Shown: positions 7,219 to 16,206 of the stretch, one piece after another
Layout: the number at the start of each line of letters is the position of its first letter
How positions within the stretch are numbered: the first letter of the stretch is position 1
Origin: Thermofilaceae archaeon
GTDB lineage: Archaea > Thermoproteota > Thermoprotei > Thermofilales > Thermofilaceae
NCBI GenBank assembly: GCA_038727095.1
Contig: JAVYWK010000025.1
Span: forward strand, 1-27,312
DNA: 27,312 bases
Direction of reading: 5' to 3'
Notes under the pieces: generated by a model
The model's input: only the letters and a program-made list of their open reading frames with translations
The model's database searches: none
Told to the model about the DNA's origin: nothing
Position numbers and translations under genes: made by a program

Positions 7219-8281
7219 CCGAATAGTATCAGGTAAGAGCGATGTTCTGGCGTCCCTGCTCGCGCTGCTGTTATTCGTGGCGCTAGCGTTTGTGGATCTG
7301 AGGCTGGCCGCGTTAGCCATCCTTCTCTGGCTCCTCTTGAGCATGCTACTGAGGAGGGACTCGGTGTACTCGGGGAGGAGGGCGCTCATCAGGACAAGGA
7401 GGGCAATCTACGCTACGTTTTCGGGTGGGGCTGATCTCCGAAAAACGCTCCTTCAAGTTTCGCGTGGCATGAAGGTACTGGGAGTTCAGATCGAGCCCAG
7501 CCAGCTGATAGAACTGGCGATTAGAGTGTCCCGTAAAAGGGCCAGAATGCGTGGTAGGAGGAAGATGAGTGGCGCATCGATGGTGATAGACTACACGTTA
7601 CCCAAAGGACTCTACTATAAGCTTCACATTCCAGCCACGTTGAGGCGCAGCGCTGTACTGAAAGAGTTCCCACGCATCGGCTTAGATTCGCTCAGAGCGA
7701 AGCTGTTTGCGGGCAGAGCGAAAGTCTCGTTGGTGCTCGTACTTGATTCAAGCGCATCCATGATGTACTCGATCAGAGGAATTCTCACGGCTCTAAGGAC
7801 AATAGAGAGGGAGGCGCGCAGGTACAGGGATCGCGTTTCGGTCGTAGTGTGTAAGGGATTCGGTGCTGCAGTGCTTCAGCATCCTACAACGAATTTCAAT
7901 CTGGTGCAGAGCAAGCTATCACGAATCGGCCTCGACGATTTCACTCCGCTGGCCGCCGGAATGTACATGGGGCTTAACGTGGCTCTCGCGGAGAAGAGGA
8001 GAGGATACGAACCGGTCATCGTAATCGTTAGTGACGGGAACGCCAATGTCCCGCTTGAGAAACGGAGGGGAAGCGTGTGGAAGCCCGCGCTTGATCCGGC
8101 CGTTCAATCGGTCATGGATGTGGCATCGCAAATAGCGAGGAGCAGTATCGAGACCGTGGTTGTGAACACAAAGCATAGAGAGCCTTCGATGGAGGCTGAG
8201 GGCATGGTCATCAGCGGTACGGAACTCTTGATACAAGTAGCTCGCGTAACAAAGGGAAGTTATGTGGGCATTATAGGCTGA
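7193..8281 (+). CDS. TM hairpin + von Willebrand A (MIDAS) domain; ChlD-like C-terminal part
   Basis: IPATLRRSA pre-vWA motif, LVLDSSASM (DxSxS), TPLA and VSDGNANV. The frame is open from 7193, and the listed GTG 7277 cuts into a hydrophobic helix. Coordinates are the open frame, not a start codon. Confidence 0.82.
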   Translation, partial: GFFPDGRISRIVSGKSDVLASLLALLLFVALAFVDLRLAALAILLWLLLSMLLRRDSVYSGRRALIRTRRAIYATFSGGADLRKTLLQVSRGMKVLGVQIEPSQLIELAIRVSRKRARMRGRRKMSGASMVIDYTLPKGLYYKLHIPATLRRSAVLKEFPRIGLDSLRAKLFAGRAKVSLVLVLDSSASMMYSIRGILTALRTIEREARRYRDRVSVVVCKGFGAAVLQHPTTNFNLVQSKLSRIGLDDFTPLAAGMYMGLNVALAEKRRGYEPVIVIVSDGNANVPLEKRRGSVWKPALDPAVQSVMDVASQIARSSIETVVVNTKHREPSMEAEGMVISGTELLIQVARVTKGSYVGIIG

Positions 8282-8351
8282 CCAGCCCCCTCATCCTCTC
8301 GGCCGCGAACTGTTTTAGAAAAACGTTACCATTTTCAACTCGCCCCCCAGT

Positions 8352-8630
8352 ATGCTAGTTGTGGAGTGGAGAGACGCTGATCTCATGGAGGAGGAGGTAC
8401 TCGTAGTAAGGGAAAGGGGCTCGATAACGTTCAACTTCCATAGGACGGTTTTCGCTAGGGTCGTTGGGAAGCACTTGAGGAATCTGAAGCCTCTCTTGAT
8501 GGAGATTCGCGGTGAGCGAGTCGTGTTAAAGTTGAACCAGGAGGAGGGTGAGGAGCTAAGGGCCTGGCTCCTCCTCAACTTGAACAAGGGCTTCTTTATA
8601 ACTGAGCTCGAATGTCTAGAGCTCCGCTAA
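8352..8630 (+). CDS. Small hypothetical protein
   Basis: 92-aa ATG ORF with typical codon use, converging on the flavoprotein stop with a 4-bp overlap. Confidence 0.7.
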   Translation: MLVVEWRDADLMEEEVLVVRERGSITFNFHRTVFARVVGKHLRNLKPLLMEIRGERVVLKLNQEEGEELRAWLLLNLNKGFFITELECLELR

Positions 8631-9979
8631 TGCGAGATAGCTCGTGTGCCTAACCGTTTCTCCAATGCTTCCGCAGCTGCGTGAAGTGGATGTACTACGT
8701 CGTTCAGCGTTGGTGTGTAAGCGTGCTCAAGACGCCAGAGCTCTTCTACCATTGTACCCTTAGCGACGGCAAACGCTACGACGTTAAGCAGCTCAAGCAC
8801 GTTTCCCTCGCCAACGGCCTGCAACCCCAGAATCCTACCGTCCCGTCCACTAGCGATCAGCTTCACCGTTATTGCGTTTGCTTCAGTGTGAAACGGCGGC
8901 TTGTCCAGTAGGGTTACTGTAGAGGAGACGGGCTCTAAGCCTTGTTTCTCGGCCTCCGCCTCAGTTAAGCCTACTGCTCCCAGCCTAAAGGCGCCTAGGT
9001 GGGCAACCCAGCTCTGCAATGTCCCGGGGAACCTTGCCTCGCCTCCAGCAGCATTGATGCCGGCTACGCGGCCAGTGAGGAAAGCGGTACTAGCGAAGAG
9101 GCTGAGTGTAGGCTTTCCAGTTAAGATGTTCCTGACTTCGACGAGGTCTCCCGCCGCGTAAATTGAATGTTCGCCCGTCTTCATCGCTTCATCTACCTTA
9201 ATTCCACCTGTTACTCCTAACTCAAGCCCGATCCGCTTCGCGAGCCAAGTGTCGGGTTTCACACCGGTAGCGATGATAGCGAACCCGGTCTTAAGGACTC
9301 GCCCGGAGCTCGTCACGACATTAACGTCTCCCAGATCGCCTCTCACTTCCACAGCTGCTTCACCCAATAGCACTTCAACCCCCTCTCCCATGAGGTGCTC
9401 GCTCACATGCTCAGCCATCCCCTCATCAAGCCTGCCCGGTAGAAGCTGCAACTCCTTTTCAATCAAAGTAACTCGCTTACCACGCTGACCGAGAGCATGT
9501 GCAATCTCGATGCCGAGAATACTGCCTCCAATAACGACCGCATCATTGTACTTGCTGACAGCGGCTAACGCTTGGTTAGCATCCTCAAGGGTTTTTAGGG
9601 TAAAGACACCACTGCTATCTTCTACCCTAAGGTTACTGGGGATGTAGGGTCTGGAACCTGTCGCCAATACGAGCGTGTCATACTCTGCCTTCACTACGCA
9701 TCCTTTCCGGAGATCTCGGGCGTGGATTATGCGTCCTTCAACATCGATGTCCTGCACCACTGTTGACGTATGCAGTGATAGACGGGGTGTAACAGGGGCT
9801 TCTTCAACTATCCTATCCAGCGGTATCTCACCGGCTATTACCCTAGGAAGCGAACATGGATGGTAAATCGCATGCCTCCGCTTCTCGAAAACGGTGACGG
9901 TACACTGCCTGTTCGTTGAAAGAGCATAGCGCGCTGCTGCCGCTCCCGCCGCACCGTAACCGATCACCGCTACGCGCAC
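8627..9979 (-). CDS. FAD-dependent pyridine nucleotide-disulfide oxidoreductase (CoA-disulfide reductase/NADH oxidase family)
   Basis: VIGYGAAG FAD motif, single redox Cys YHPCSLP, LATGS, VIGGSILGIE, IYAAGD, and C-terminal dimerisation domain AYTP. Confidence 0.9.
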   Translation of the reverse strand: MRVAVIGYGAAGAAAARYALSTNRQCTVTVFEKRRHAIYHPCSLPRVIAGEIPLDRIVEEAPVTPRLSLHTSTVVQDIDVEGRIIHARDLRKGCVVKAEYDTLVLATGSRPYIPSNLRVEDSSGVFTLKTLEDANQALAAVSKYNDAVVIGGSILGIEIAHALGQRGKRVTLIEKELQLLPGRLDEGMAEHVSEHLMGEGVEVLLGEAAVEVRGDLGDVNVVTSSGRVLKTGFAIIATGVKPDTWLAKRIGLELGVTGGIKVDEAMKTGEHSIYAAGDLVEVRNILTGKPTLSLFASTAFLTGRVAGINAAGGEARFPGTLQSWVAHLGAFRLGAVGLTEAEAEKQGLEPVSSTVTLLDKPPFHTEANAITVKLIASGRDGRILGLQAVGEGNVLELLNVVAFAVAKGTMVEELWRLEHAYTPTLNDVVHPLHAAAEALEKRLGTRAISH

Positions 9980-10070
9980 AGGTTACTTGGTGAAGCGTTT
10001 GATAAAAGCAGTGAGTTAGGCGATTGCCGTAATCTAATTCTCTATAGCCTACACCTACTAACCTAAAGGC

Positions 10071-10076
10071 TTTAAA
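10071..10076 (+). promoter_or_regulatory. TATA box (TTTAAA) for the ACD gene
   Basis: 23-28 bp upstream of ATG 10099. Confidence 0.6.
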
Positions 10077-10098
10077 CAAACCAATGTGAGACCAGCCG

Positions 10099-12219
10099 AT
10101 GAGCGGAGTGGAGAATGGCGTGCTAAGATTGCTCAGGCCCCATAATGTAGCCGTCATAGGAGCTTCTAGAGACCCCTCGAAGATAGGGTACCAGGTGCTC
10201 AAGAATATTCTTTCCTCCGGTTTCCGTGGTCGGGTTTACGCGGTGAATCCTAATGCTTCGGAGATTTTGGGTGTGAAGTGTTACCCGAGTATCCTGGATG
10301 TCCCGGAGCCTGTTGACCTCGCTGTGGTTACTGTGCCGGCGAAGCTCGTACCCCAGGTTGTTGAAGAGTGCGGGAGGAAGGGTGTGAAAGCGGTAGCCGT
10401 CATCTCCAGCGGATTCAAGGAAGTGGGGAACATCGAGCTCGAGAAACAACTCGTTGAAACAGCAAGGAAACACGGAATCCGAATCCTCGGACCCAACATC
10501 GTCGGTGTATGTGACAGCATAACGCCTATCAACGCTAGCTTCTGCCAAGGAACCCCGATAAGGGGTAGCATTGCATTCATCTCCCAGAGTGGCGCTCTAA
10601 GCATAGCCCTCGTGGGCTGGACGGCGTTAAAGGGTGTAGGGCTCTCGGCTCTCGTTAGTCTGGGTAATAAAGCTGATTTAAACGAGGTGGACTTCATAGG
10701 GTTCTTCGGGCATGATCCTCACACCAAGGTGGTAACCGCTTACTTGGAGGGTATAGAGAGTGGAAGGAGGTTCATGGAGGTGGCATCGAAAATCGCTCTG
10801 TTGAAACCGATCCTGGTTCTCAAGGTTGGAAGAGGGGAAAGGGCTTTGGGCGCCATAATGTCCCATACAGGCTCGCTAGCTGGAGCAGATGCCGTCGTTG
10901 ATGCTGCTCTGGAGCAGTGCGGAGTCATTAGAGCACCAACTTTCATAGAGCTTTTCGACTGGGCTGTAGCGCTAGCTCAGGTTCCCCTTCCTCTTAGTGA
11001 GAACGTAGTGATCATTACGAACGGGGGAGGAGCAGGTGTCATGGCTACCGATGCAGCGGAGCAGTACGGTGTCAAACTGATGGACATCCCTTCGGACCTG
11101 GCGGAAAGGTTTAGGAAGTACATGCCCCCCTTCGGCAGCGTTTACAATCCTATTGATCTAACGGGAATGGCGACAGAGGAGTGGTACAAGGGAGCGATAC
11201 TTGAGGCATTGAAGGATGAGAGGGTTCACGCCGTTATAGTCCTGTACTGCCATACGGCGGTTACTAACCCGAAGGCTATAGCTGACGCGATACTTGAAGC
11301 CAAGAGGGAGGCCGGGTCTCCAAAACCAATCATCGTAAGCTTAATCGGTGGTGAGGAGTGCCTCAAGGAGATCGAGCGCCTTACGAGCGAGGGTGTGCCC
11401 GCCTACGAGTCCCCGGAGAAGGCTGTAGCAGCCATGGGAGCAGTCTACAAGTACAAGAGGTTACGGGAAAGGCTGCTGAAGGGGAAGACGTACCCTACGC
11501 TTCACGTAGATCGGGCGGGGGCTAGGAGCATCGTGGAAAAGGCTTTAGCCGAGGGGAGAAACGCGTTAACCCCCTTTGAGGCTGCGCAACTGGCCAAGTG
11601 CTACGGAATCCCCGTGCTCGAGAAGCGCTTGACCACGAGCGAGGAAGAAGCAGTCAGAGTGGCAGAGGAGATAGGGTACCCCGTTGTTCTTGAGGTGGAA
11701 TCCCCGCAGATAATCCACAAGACAGAGGTCGGAGGAATCTTGTTAGATTTGAAGAGTTCAGAGGAAGTTGCGAAGGGATATACGACCATCATGACGAATG
11801 TGAAAGAGAAAGCGCCCCACGCGGAGGTGAAGGGGATCGTTGTTAGAAGAATGGCACCGCGTGGATTGGAGGTACTTGTTGGCATGCACAGGGACCCGTT
11901 CTTCGGTCCGGTCATCGCATTCGGGAGTGGAGGTATTCTGGTAGAACTCGTGAAAGACATTGTGTTCAGGGTTGCTCCAGTATCTCTGGAGGATGCTGAA
12001 GAAATGGTTAAGAAGACGAAGGCGTACATGATGATGTCAGGTTTCCGCGGGCAGGCAGAGTTGGACGTTAACGCAGTTATAGATACGCTGCTGAGGGTTT
12101 CTCAACTGGCAATGGATGTACCTGAAATCAGTGACATCGACATAAACCCACTCTTCGTTTATGAGAAGGGTAAGGGAGGTCTAGCCATCGACGTTAAGGT
12201 TTTGCTCCGCCCAAGCTAG
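10099..12219 (+). CDS. acdAB: Acetate/acyl-CoA ligase (ADP-forming), fused alpha+beta subunits
   Basis: AVIGAS, GPN, SQSGAL, phospho-His SHTGSLAG, TNGGGAG, NPIDL; beta domain HKTEVGGI, DPFFGPVIAFGSGG and DINP. Confidence 0.93.
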   Translation: MSGVENGVLRLLRPHNVAVIGASRDPSKIGYQVLKNILSSGFRGRVYAVNPNASEILGVKCYPSILDVPEPVDLAVVTVPAKLVPQVVEECGRKGVKAVAVISSGFKEVGNIELEKQLVETARKHGIRILGPNIVGVCDSITPINASFCQGTPIRGSIAFISQSGALSIALVGWTALKGVGLSALVSLGNKADLNEVDFIGFFGHDPHTKVVTAYLEGIESGRRFMEVASKIALLKPILVLKVGRGERALGAIMSHTGSLAGADAVVDAALEQCGVIRAPTFIELFDWAVALAQVPLPLSENVVIITNGGGAGVMATDAAEQYGVKLMDIPSDLAERFRKYMPPFGSVYNPIDLTGMATEEWYKGAILEALKDERVHAVIVLYCHTAVTNPKAIADAILEAKREAGSPKPIIVSLIGGEECLKEIERLTSEGVPAYESPEKAVAAMGAVYKYKRLRERLLKGKTYPTLHVDRAGARSIVEKALAEGRNALTPFEAAQLAKCYGIPVLEKRLTTSEEEAVRVAEEIGYPVVLEVESPQIIHKTEVGGILLDLKSSEEVAKGYTTIMTNVKEKAPHAEVKGIVVRRMAPRGLEVLVGMHRDPFFGPVIAFGSGGILVELVKDIVFRVAPVSLEDAEEMVKKTKAYMMMSGFRGQAELDVNAVIDTLLRVSQLAMDVPEISDIDINPLFVYEKGKGGLAIDVKVLLRPS

Positions 12220-12634
12220 CCTTTACAACTCTTTCTAAATATTCGTCTGTCGATAGGAGTCTTTCGAGATCTCCAAGCTCTTCGATCTCGACCTCCGCTA
12301 TCCAGCCTTCACCGTAGGGATCCTTATTTATCAAGCCTGGATCGTCATCAAGCCTTTCGTTGCATAATACCACTTTACCGCTGACTGGGGATAGGACCTC
12401 GCTAACCGCCTTTATGGATTCCAGCGTTGCTAGAACGTCACCGCGCTTCACTTTCAAACCCACATTGGGCATATCGATGAAGACCACGGCACGTACCTTC
12501 TTCTGAGCGAAATCGGTTACTCCGATCCTCACCCTCTTTTCACCTATAACTTTCACCCACGCATGAAACTCGCTGTACTTCAGGTTTCGAGGGAAACGGT
12601 ATCCCTCGTAGACCACCTCCTCATTCACGCTCAT
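12194..12634 (-). CDS. gcvH: Glycine cleavage system H protein (lipoyl carrier)
   Basis: HAWV, IGVTDFAQ, lipoyl-Lys ESIKAVS, SPVSG and INKDPYGEGWI. Confidence 0.95.
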   Translation of the reverse strand: MSVNEEVVYEGYRFPRNLKYSEFHAWVKVIGEKRVRIGVTDFAQKKVRAVVFIDMPNVGLKVKRGDVLATLESIKAVSEVLSPVSGKVVLCNERLDDDPGLINKDPYGEGWIAEVEIEELGDLERLLSTDEYLERVVKASLGGAKP

Positions 12635-12692
12635 TCGGTTGGAGCCTGAACTTATATCGGTTTAGCCTTTACCTCGCTTCACGCGAAGGACA

Positions 12693-12698
12693 TTTAAA
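12693..12698 (+). promoter_or_regulatory. TATA box (TTTAAA) for the Lrp-domain gene
   Basis: About 22-27 bp upstream of ATG 12720; overlaps palindrome AAAGCCGGCTTT (12696-12707). Confidence 0.55.
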
Positions 12699-12719
12699 GC
12701 CGGCTTTCAGTGAGCACGT

Positions 12720-12962
12720 ATGGCTTCAGAAGAAATAAAAGTTACAGCTTATGTGATTCTAGTCGTCGAGGCAGGTAAGGAATATGAGGTTTTAAGGAAA
12801 CTTTTAGAAATGAATGCTGTGAGTGAAGCTCACATAGTTTACGGTGAGTACGATATTATAGCCAGGTTAGAGGTTACCGATTTAGCTGAGCTCGAGAAAA
12901 CAGTGATGTTCATACGAAGGGTACCGGGAGTGGAGAGGAGCATAACATTGATATCAGCCTAG
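12720..12962 (+). CDS. Stand-alone Lrp/AsnC ligand-binding (RAM) domain protein
   Basis: AYVIL.VEAGKE..V, VYGEYDII and IRRVPGV..S.TLI; no HTH. Confidence 0.9.
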   Translation: MASEEIKVTAYVILVVEAGKEYEVLRKLLEMNAVSEAHIVYGEYDIIARLEVTDLAELEKTVMFIRRVPGVERSITLISA

Positions 12963-12972
12963 ATGACTTAAC

Positions 12973-13037
12973 AGTGGGGGATGACGACCGCGTTGGTGGC
13001 CTATCTCGTGTGGCTCGATGGGCGGCCTGACCCCACT
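12973..13037 (+). ncRNA. Box C/D 2'-O-methylation guide sRNA (predicted target 16S rRNA C1402, E. coli numbering)
   Basis: Terminal stem AGTGGGG (12973-79)/CCCCACT (13031-37), C box ATGACGA (12981-87), D box CTGA (13027-30), and degenerate internal D'/C'. D guide GATGGGCGG is complementary to the universal 16S CCGCCCGUC with one G-U pair. Confidence 0.88.
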
Positions 13038-13054
13038 CAGCTCTGGCAGTGCTA

Positions 13055-13912
13055 TCAGATTACGGAGCCGAAGAGCACGTAGTTGTAGAGTAAGAATGCG
13101 GCGATCGAGAGCAGGACGGGAAGGGGTAGGGCTGGTGCGTAGCCTTTCTTTTCAACGATTTTTAGTGTCGAAAAGAGCCCTATGAGCACAGCAGCTGCGA
13201 TCACGACCAGCCTGCAGTAGTCGGGGGTAGGGGTTAAGAGAGCGACGGAGCTGAGCGAGCTGTACAGTATTACATCCCCCATTCCAAGCGCTAGACCGCC
13301 AACGTTTACAGCGAATGGTGTCAGTAGAGAGCGCCGTTGCTCCCCTGCGTCCCGTTGCTCACCGGAAACCCTCTGGATAATTCGTTTAAGCGGACCGCGG
13401 TATACTGAGTAAACGTCGTAAAGTGCGGCTGCTACGAGCATGGTTATCATGCTCAGTGGCGGAACCATCGCGGCTATTACAGCCCCGATAAGTGCGCCAA
13501 CGAGAACCTGGATCGATACTGTGTAAATTGCCAATGGCTGAAATGCGATAAGAATGATTGTGAGTGCCGTAAAAGCTGTTGAAAGCACTGTTGCATGTGC
13601 AGGATCGAGATTCAATGCTGCTAGGTAGATTTCGCCTACGGTGAAAGCAGAGAGGGCGAAAGTAGCATAGCCGAGAAGTTTCAAAGCCGATACTCTGAAA
13701 CGAAGTAGAGCGAGCAGCAATAGTGCACCGACTAGGAGCATGGCTACGAACATCGCGGCGTTGAGCAAAGCGGCGCTTGCTCCCTCCTCCCTTATGAAGG
13801 GCCCTTCAAGCTCCTCCGAAACTCCAGAAGTATGCAAAAGCCAGCCGCCAGCCCCTCCCAGTAAGACGCTTGCCAATGCTACAATTAGTGCCTTAATGAA
13901 GCTCCTCCTCAC
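13055..13912 (-). CDS. Presenilin-family (A22) intramembrane aspartyl protease
   Basis: Multiple TM helices, YD motif (LYDVYSVYRGPL), GxGD (LGMGD) and PALP. Confidence 0.93.
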   Translation of the reverse strand: MRRSFIKALIVALASVLLGGAGGWLLHTSGVSEELEGPFIREEGASAALLNAAMFVAMLLVGALLLLALLRFRVSALKLLGYATFALSAFTVGEIYLAALNLDPAHATVLSTAFTALTIILIAFQPLAIYTVSIQVLVGALIGAVIAAMVPPLSMITMLVAAALYDVYSVYRGPLKRIIQRVSGEQRDAGEQRRSLLTPFAVNVGGLALGMGDVILYSSLSSVALLTPTPDYCRLVVIAAAVLIGLFSTLKIVEKKGYAPALPLPVLLSIAAFLLYNYVLFGSVI

Positions 13913-14079
13913 AGCGCGAAAAACAGTTGAAGGGTTTAAAAACTCGTTGACAGCATTTACAATAAACGTAAGTGGTTATGGGTTAGAAGTAACGCCAACT
14001 CGCCAGAGTTTTATCGAGCAGATTTGTCTGAGCTGGTTGTGTAGCACAACGTTAAGGTTTTAGGGAAATCTGTTTTCAG

Positions 14080-15099
14080 GTGGTTATGGCAGTGCTCGAG
14101 GATCTAATGAAGTTGGGTAGCCTCATCGAAGTGGCCCTCGAGGAATACCTGTTAAGGGACACCGATGAGGAGTTTCGCGAAGCAGTCCTTTACCCCATTA
14201 AAACCGGTGGGAAGAGACTGAGACCGGCTTTAACGGTAGCTTCATCGTTAGCGGTGGGCGGGAAAGCTGAAGAAGCGGTACCCGCTGCTGTAGCGGTCGA
14301 GCTAGCCCACAACTACTCGCTAATTTTCGACGATATGATCGACCACAGTGAGCTGAGAAGGGGGCAGCCCACTTTATGGAAGAAGTACGGTCTTACAACC
14401 GCAATCCTCGTGGCTGTCCACTACAGGGAGTCGATAAGCCAGGCTCTCAATGACACCAGCGATCCCAGGCTTTTCAGTGAAATAATGGCTAGAACCTTGA
14501 AGCTGTTAGTCGAGGGGGAGCGCCTAGACGTACTTTTCGAGCAGGCTGGGAGAAGCGATGAACCTTATATTCTCGAGAAGAGGAGGACCACAGTATCCGT
14601 GAAAGATTACCTCGACATGGTTTATAAGAAGACCGGCGCGCTCATCGAAACGGCCTGCGTTTTCGGCGCTCTTTCAGGACGAGCCTCACAGCCGCTTGTG
14701 GGGGCATTGGGGGATTATGGTAGAAACTTGGGTCTAGCTTTTCAAATTGGAGACGACATAATCGATATTTTCGGACGCGAGGAAACAACCGGTAAGAAGG
14801 TTGGGAAAGATATTGAAGAGCATAAGCTGGGCAACATCGTGGTGCTTCTCGCACTGGAGGAGCTCTCCGAGAGGGGCAGAGAGGAGCTTCTTTCGATACT
14901 AAAGCGTGACTCTACTTCTGCACAGGACGTGCAGAGGGCGATCGCGCTGATATCGTCGACACACTCTAGGAAGAGGGCTGAAGAGATGAGAAGATCGTAC
15001 GCTAACGCGGCAAAGAGAGCTTTAGAACAGCTTCCCGAAAACGATGGAAAGAGGCTGCTCAGGGAGCTCGCCGAGTTCGTAGCTGTAAGGGAGTTCTGA
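14080..15099 (+). CDS. Polyprenyl (geranylgeranyl) diphosphate synthase
   Basis: GGKRLRP, ELAHNYSLIFDDMID...RRG, KTG, AFQIGDDIID and GK..GKD. Confidence 0.93.
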   Translation: MVMAVLEDLMKLGSLIEVALEEYLLRDTDEEFREAVLYPIKTGGKRLRPALTVASSLAVGGKAEEAVPAAVAVELAHNYSLIFDDMIDHSELRRGQPTLWKKYGLTTAILVAVHYRESISQALNDTSDPRLFSEIMARTLKLLVEGERLDVLFEQAGRSDEPYILEKRRTTVSVKDYLDMVYKKTGALIETACVFGALSGRASQPLVGALGDYGRNLGLAFQIGDDIIDIFGREETTGKKVGKDIEEHKLGNIVVLLALEELSERGREELLSILKRDSTSAQDVQRAIALISSTHSRKRAEEMRRSYANAAKRALEQLPENDGKRLLRELAEFVAVREF

Positions 15100-15848
15100 T
15101 GAGTACGGTTGTGATAAAGATCGGAGGTTCCCTAATCACTGATAAACGGAGGCCTTTCACGCTGAATGAACGCGCGCTGGAAGAAGTTGCCGAGGGTATC
15201 GCCTCTATCCGTGACGGAGCGAGAAGGATCGTAATAGTGCACGGGGGTGGAAGTTTCGGCCACTACGCTGTACAGCAGTCCCGCGGGGACGTTCAGAAGC
15301 TCTTGACCGACGTCGCGTACTGGATGGCCTTCCTAAACCATAAAGTCGTGCACGTGCTCATACAGCACGGCGTATCAGCTGTAGGGCTCCCCACGTGGCT
15401 CGTCGCGCGAGGCTCGAAGGAAGGCCTTCACGTTGAAACAGGACTAGTGGCGAAGCTGCTTGAGGTTGGAGTTGTACCAGTTACTCACGGAGGCTTGATC
15501 AATACCGATGAAGGCTTCAAGATCCTATCAGGTGATACCCTAGCTAGCAAACTCGCCGTCAAGTTGCCAGCTTCAGCACTAATCTTCCTTATGGATGTCG
15601 AAGGGGTTTACACCGAAGATCCACGGGTGAACCCTTCTGCAACTCTGCTCACCGTATTGAGACGAAGCGATGTGGATCGCATAAGAGGCGGGAGCTCAGG
15701 CGTTGATGTAACGGGCGGGTTAATGCTAAAACTGAATGAAGCTATCCATGCCGCAGAACGAGGAGTTAACGTGGCCTTAGGGAGCGTGAAAGCACTCAGA
15801 TCAATTGTTGAGGGAGTAGAGGGCCGCTACACTCGAGTAATCCCTTAA
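15099..15848 (+). CDS. ipk: Isopentenyl phosphate kinase (amino-acid kinase family)
   Basis: KIGGSLITDK, HGGGSFGH, SGD and DVTGG; translationally coupled (TGATG) to the GGPP synthase. Confidence 0.9.
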   Translation: MSTVVIKIGGSLITDKRRPFTLNERALEEVAEGIASIRDGARRIVIVHGGGSFGHYAVQQSRGDVQKLLTDVAYWMAFLNHKVVHVLIQHGVSAVGLPTWLVARGSKEGLHVETGLVAKLLEVGVVPVTHGGLINTDEGFKILSGDTLASKLAVKLPASALIFLMDVEGVYTEDPRVNPSATLLTVLRRSDVDRIRGGSSGVDVTGGLMLKLNEAIHAAERGVNVALGSVKALRSIVEGVEGRYTRVIP

Positions 15849-16206
15849 GCTGGGGCAAAAGGGTTCAGCTAGTATGTACGCCTTCAGCCAGCCTCCCCTC
15901 AGCTGGATTAAGACCGCTCTCCCCTCCCTGCGCGTGAACGCTATGCTCCCCGGCTTCAGCCCCGCAATTTCGAAGGCCTCCAGCGCCTCCGCCATGTAGC
16001 TCAACTTCACGCTCACCTTGAGCTCCTCCGTGCAGCCCCTCAGCAGCGCGGGGAACGTGCGTCCGCAAGCCCTTATGCACAGCTTCTCCCCCCTCACCTC
16101 AAGGAGGCAGTAGTCCTCCAGCAGCCCCCTCTCCCTCCACTTCTCCCTCCTCCACCCCGCGAACCTGAGAACCTCCTTGAAGGATTCAAGGGGAAAACCG
16201 TATCAC
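15801..16206 (-). pseudogene. Frameshifted small gene with sliding-clamp (PCNA-like) pattern
   Basis: The listed 98-aa ORF extends upstream without a stop to about 16200. Removing one base from CGG-TTTT-CCC joins it to GTG 16206 (MIRFPLESFKEVLRFA...). Fold similarity was judged by eye only. Confidence 0.4.

Noticed and set aside
7277-7279. GTG as the independent start of the vWA gene
   Set aside because: It falls inside a hydrophobic helix, has no SD or TATA at suitable spacing, and the frame is open and protein-like back to the slippery site. Disfavoured, though not excluded.
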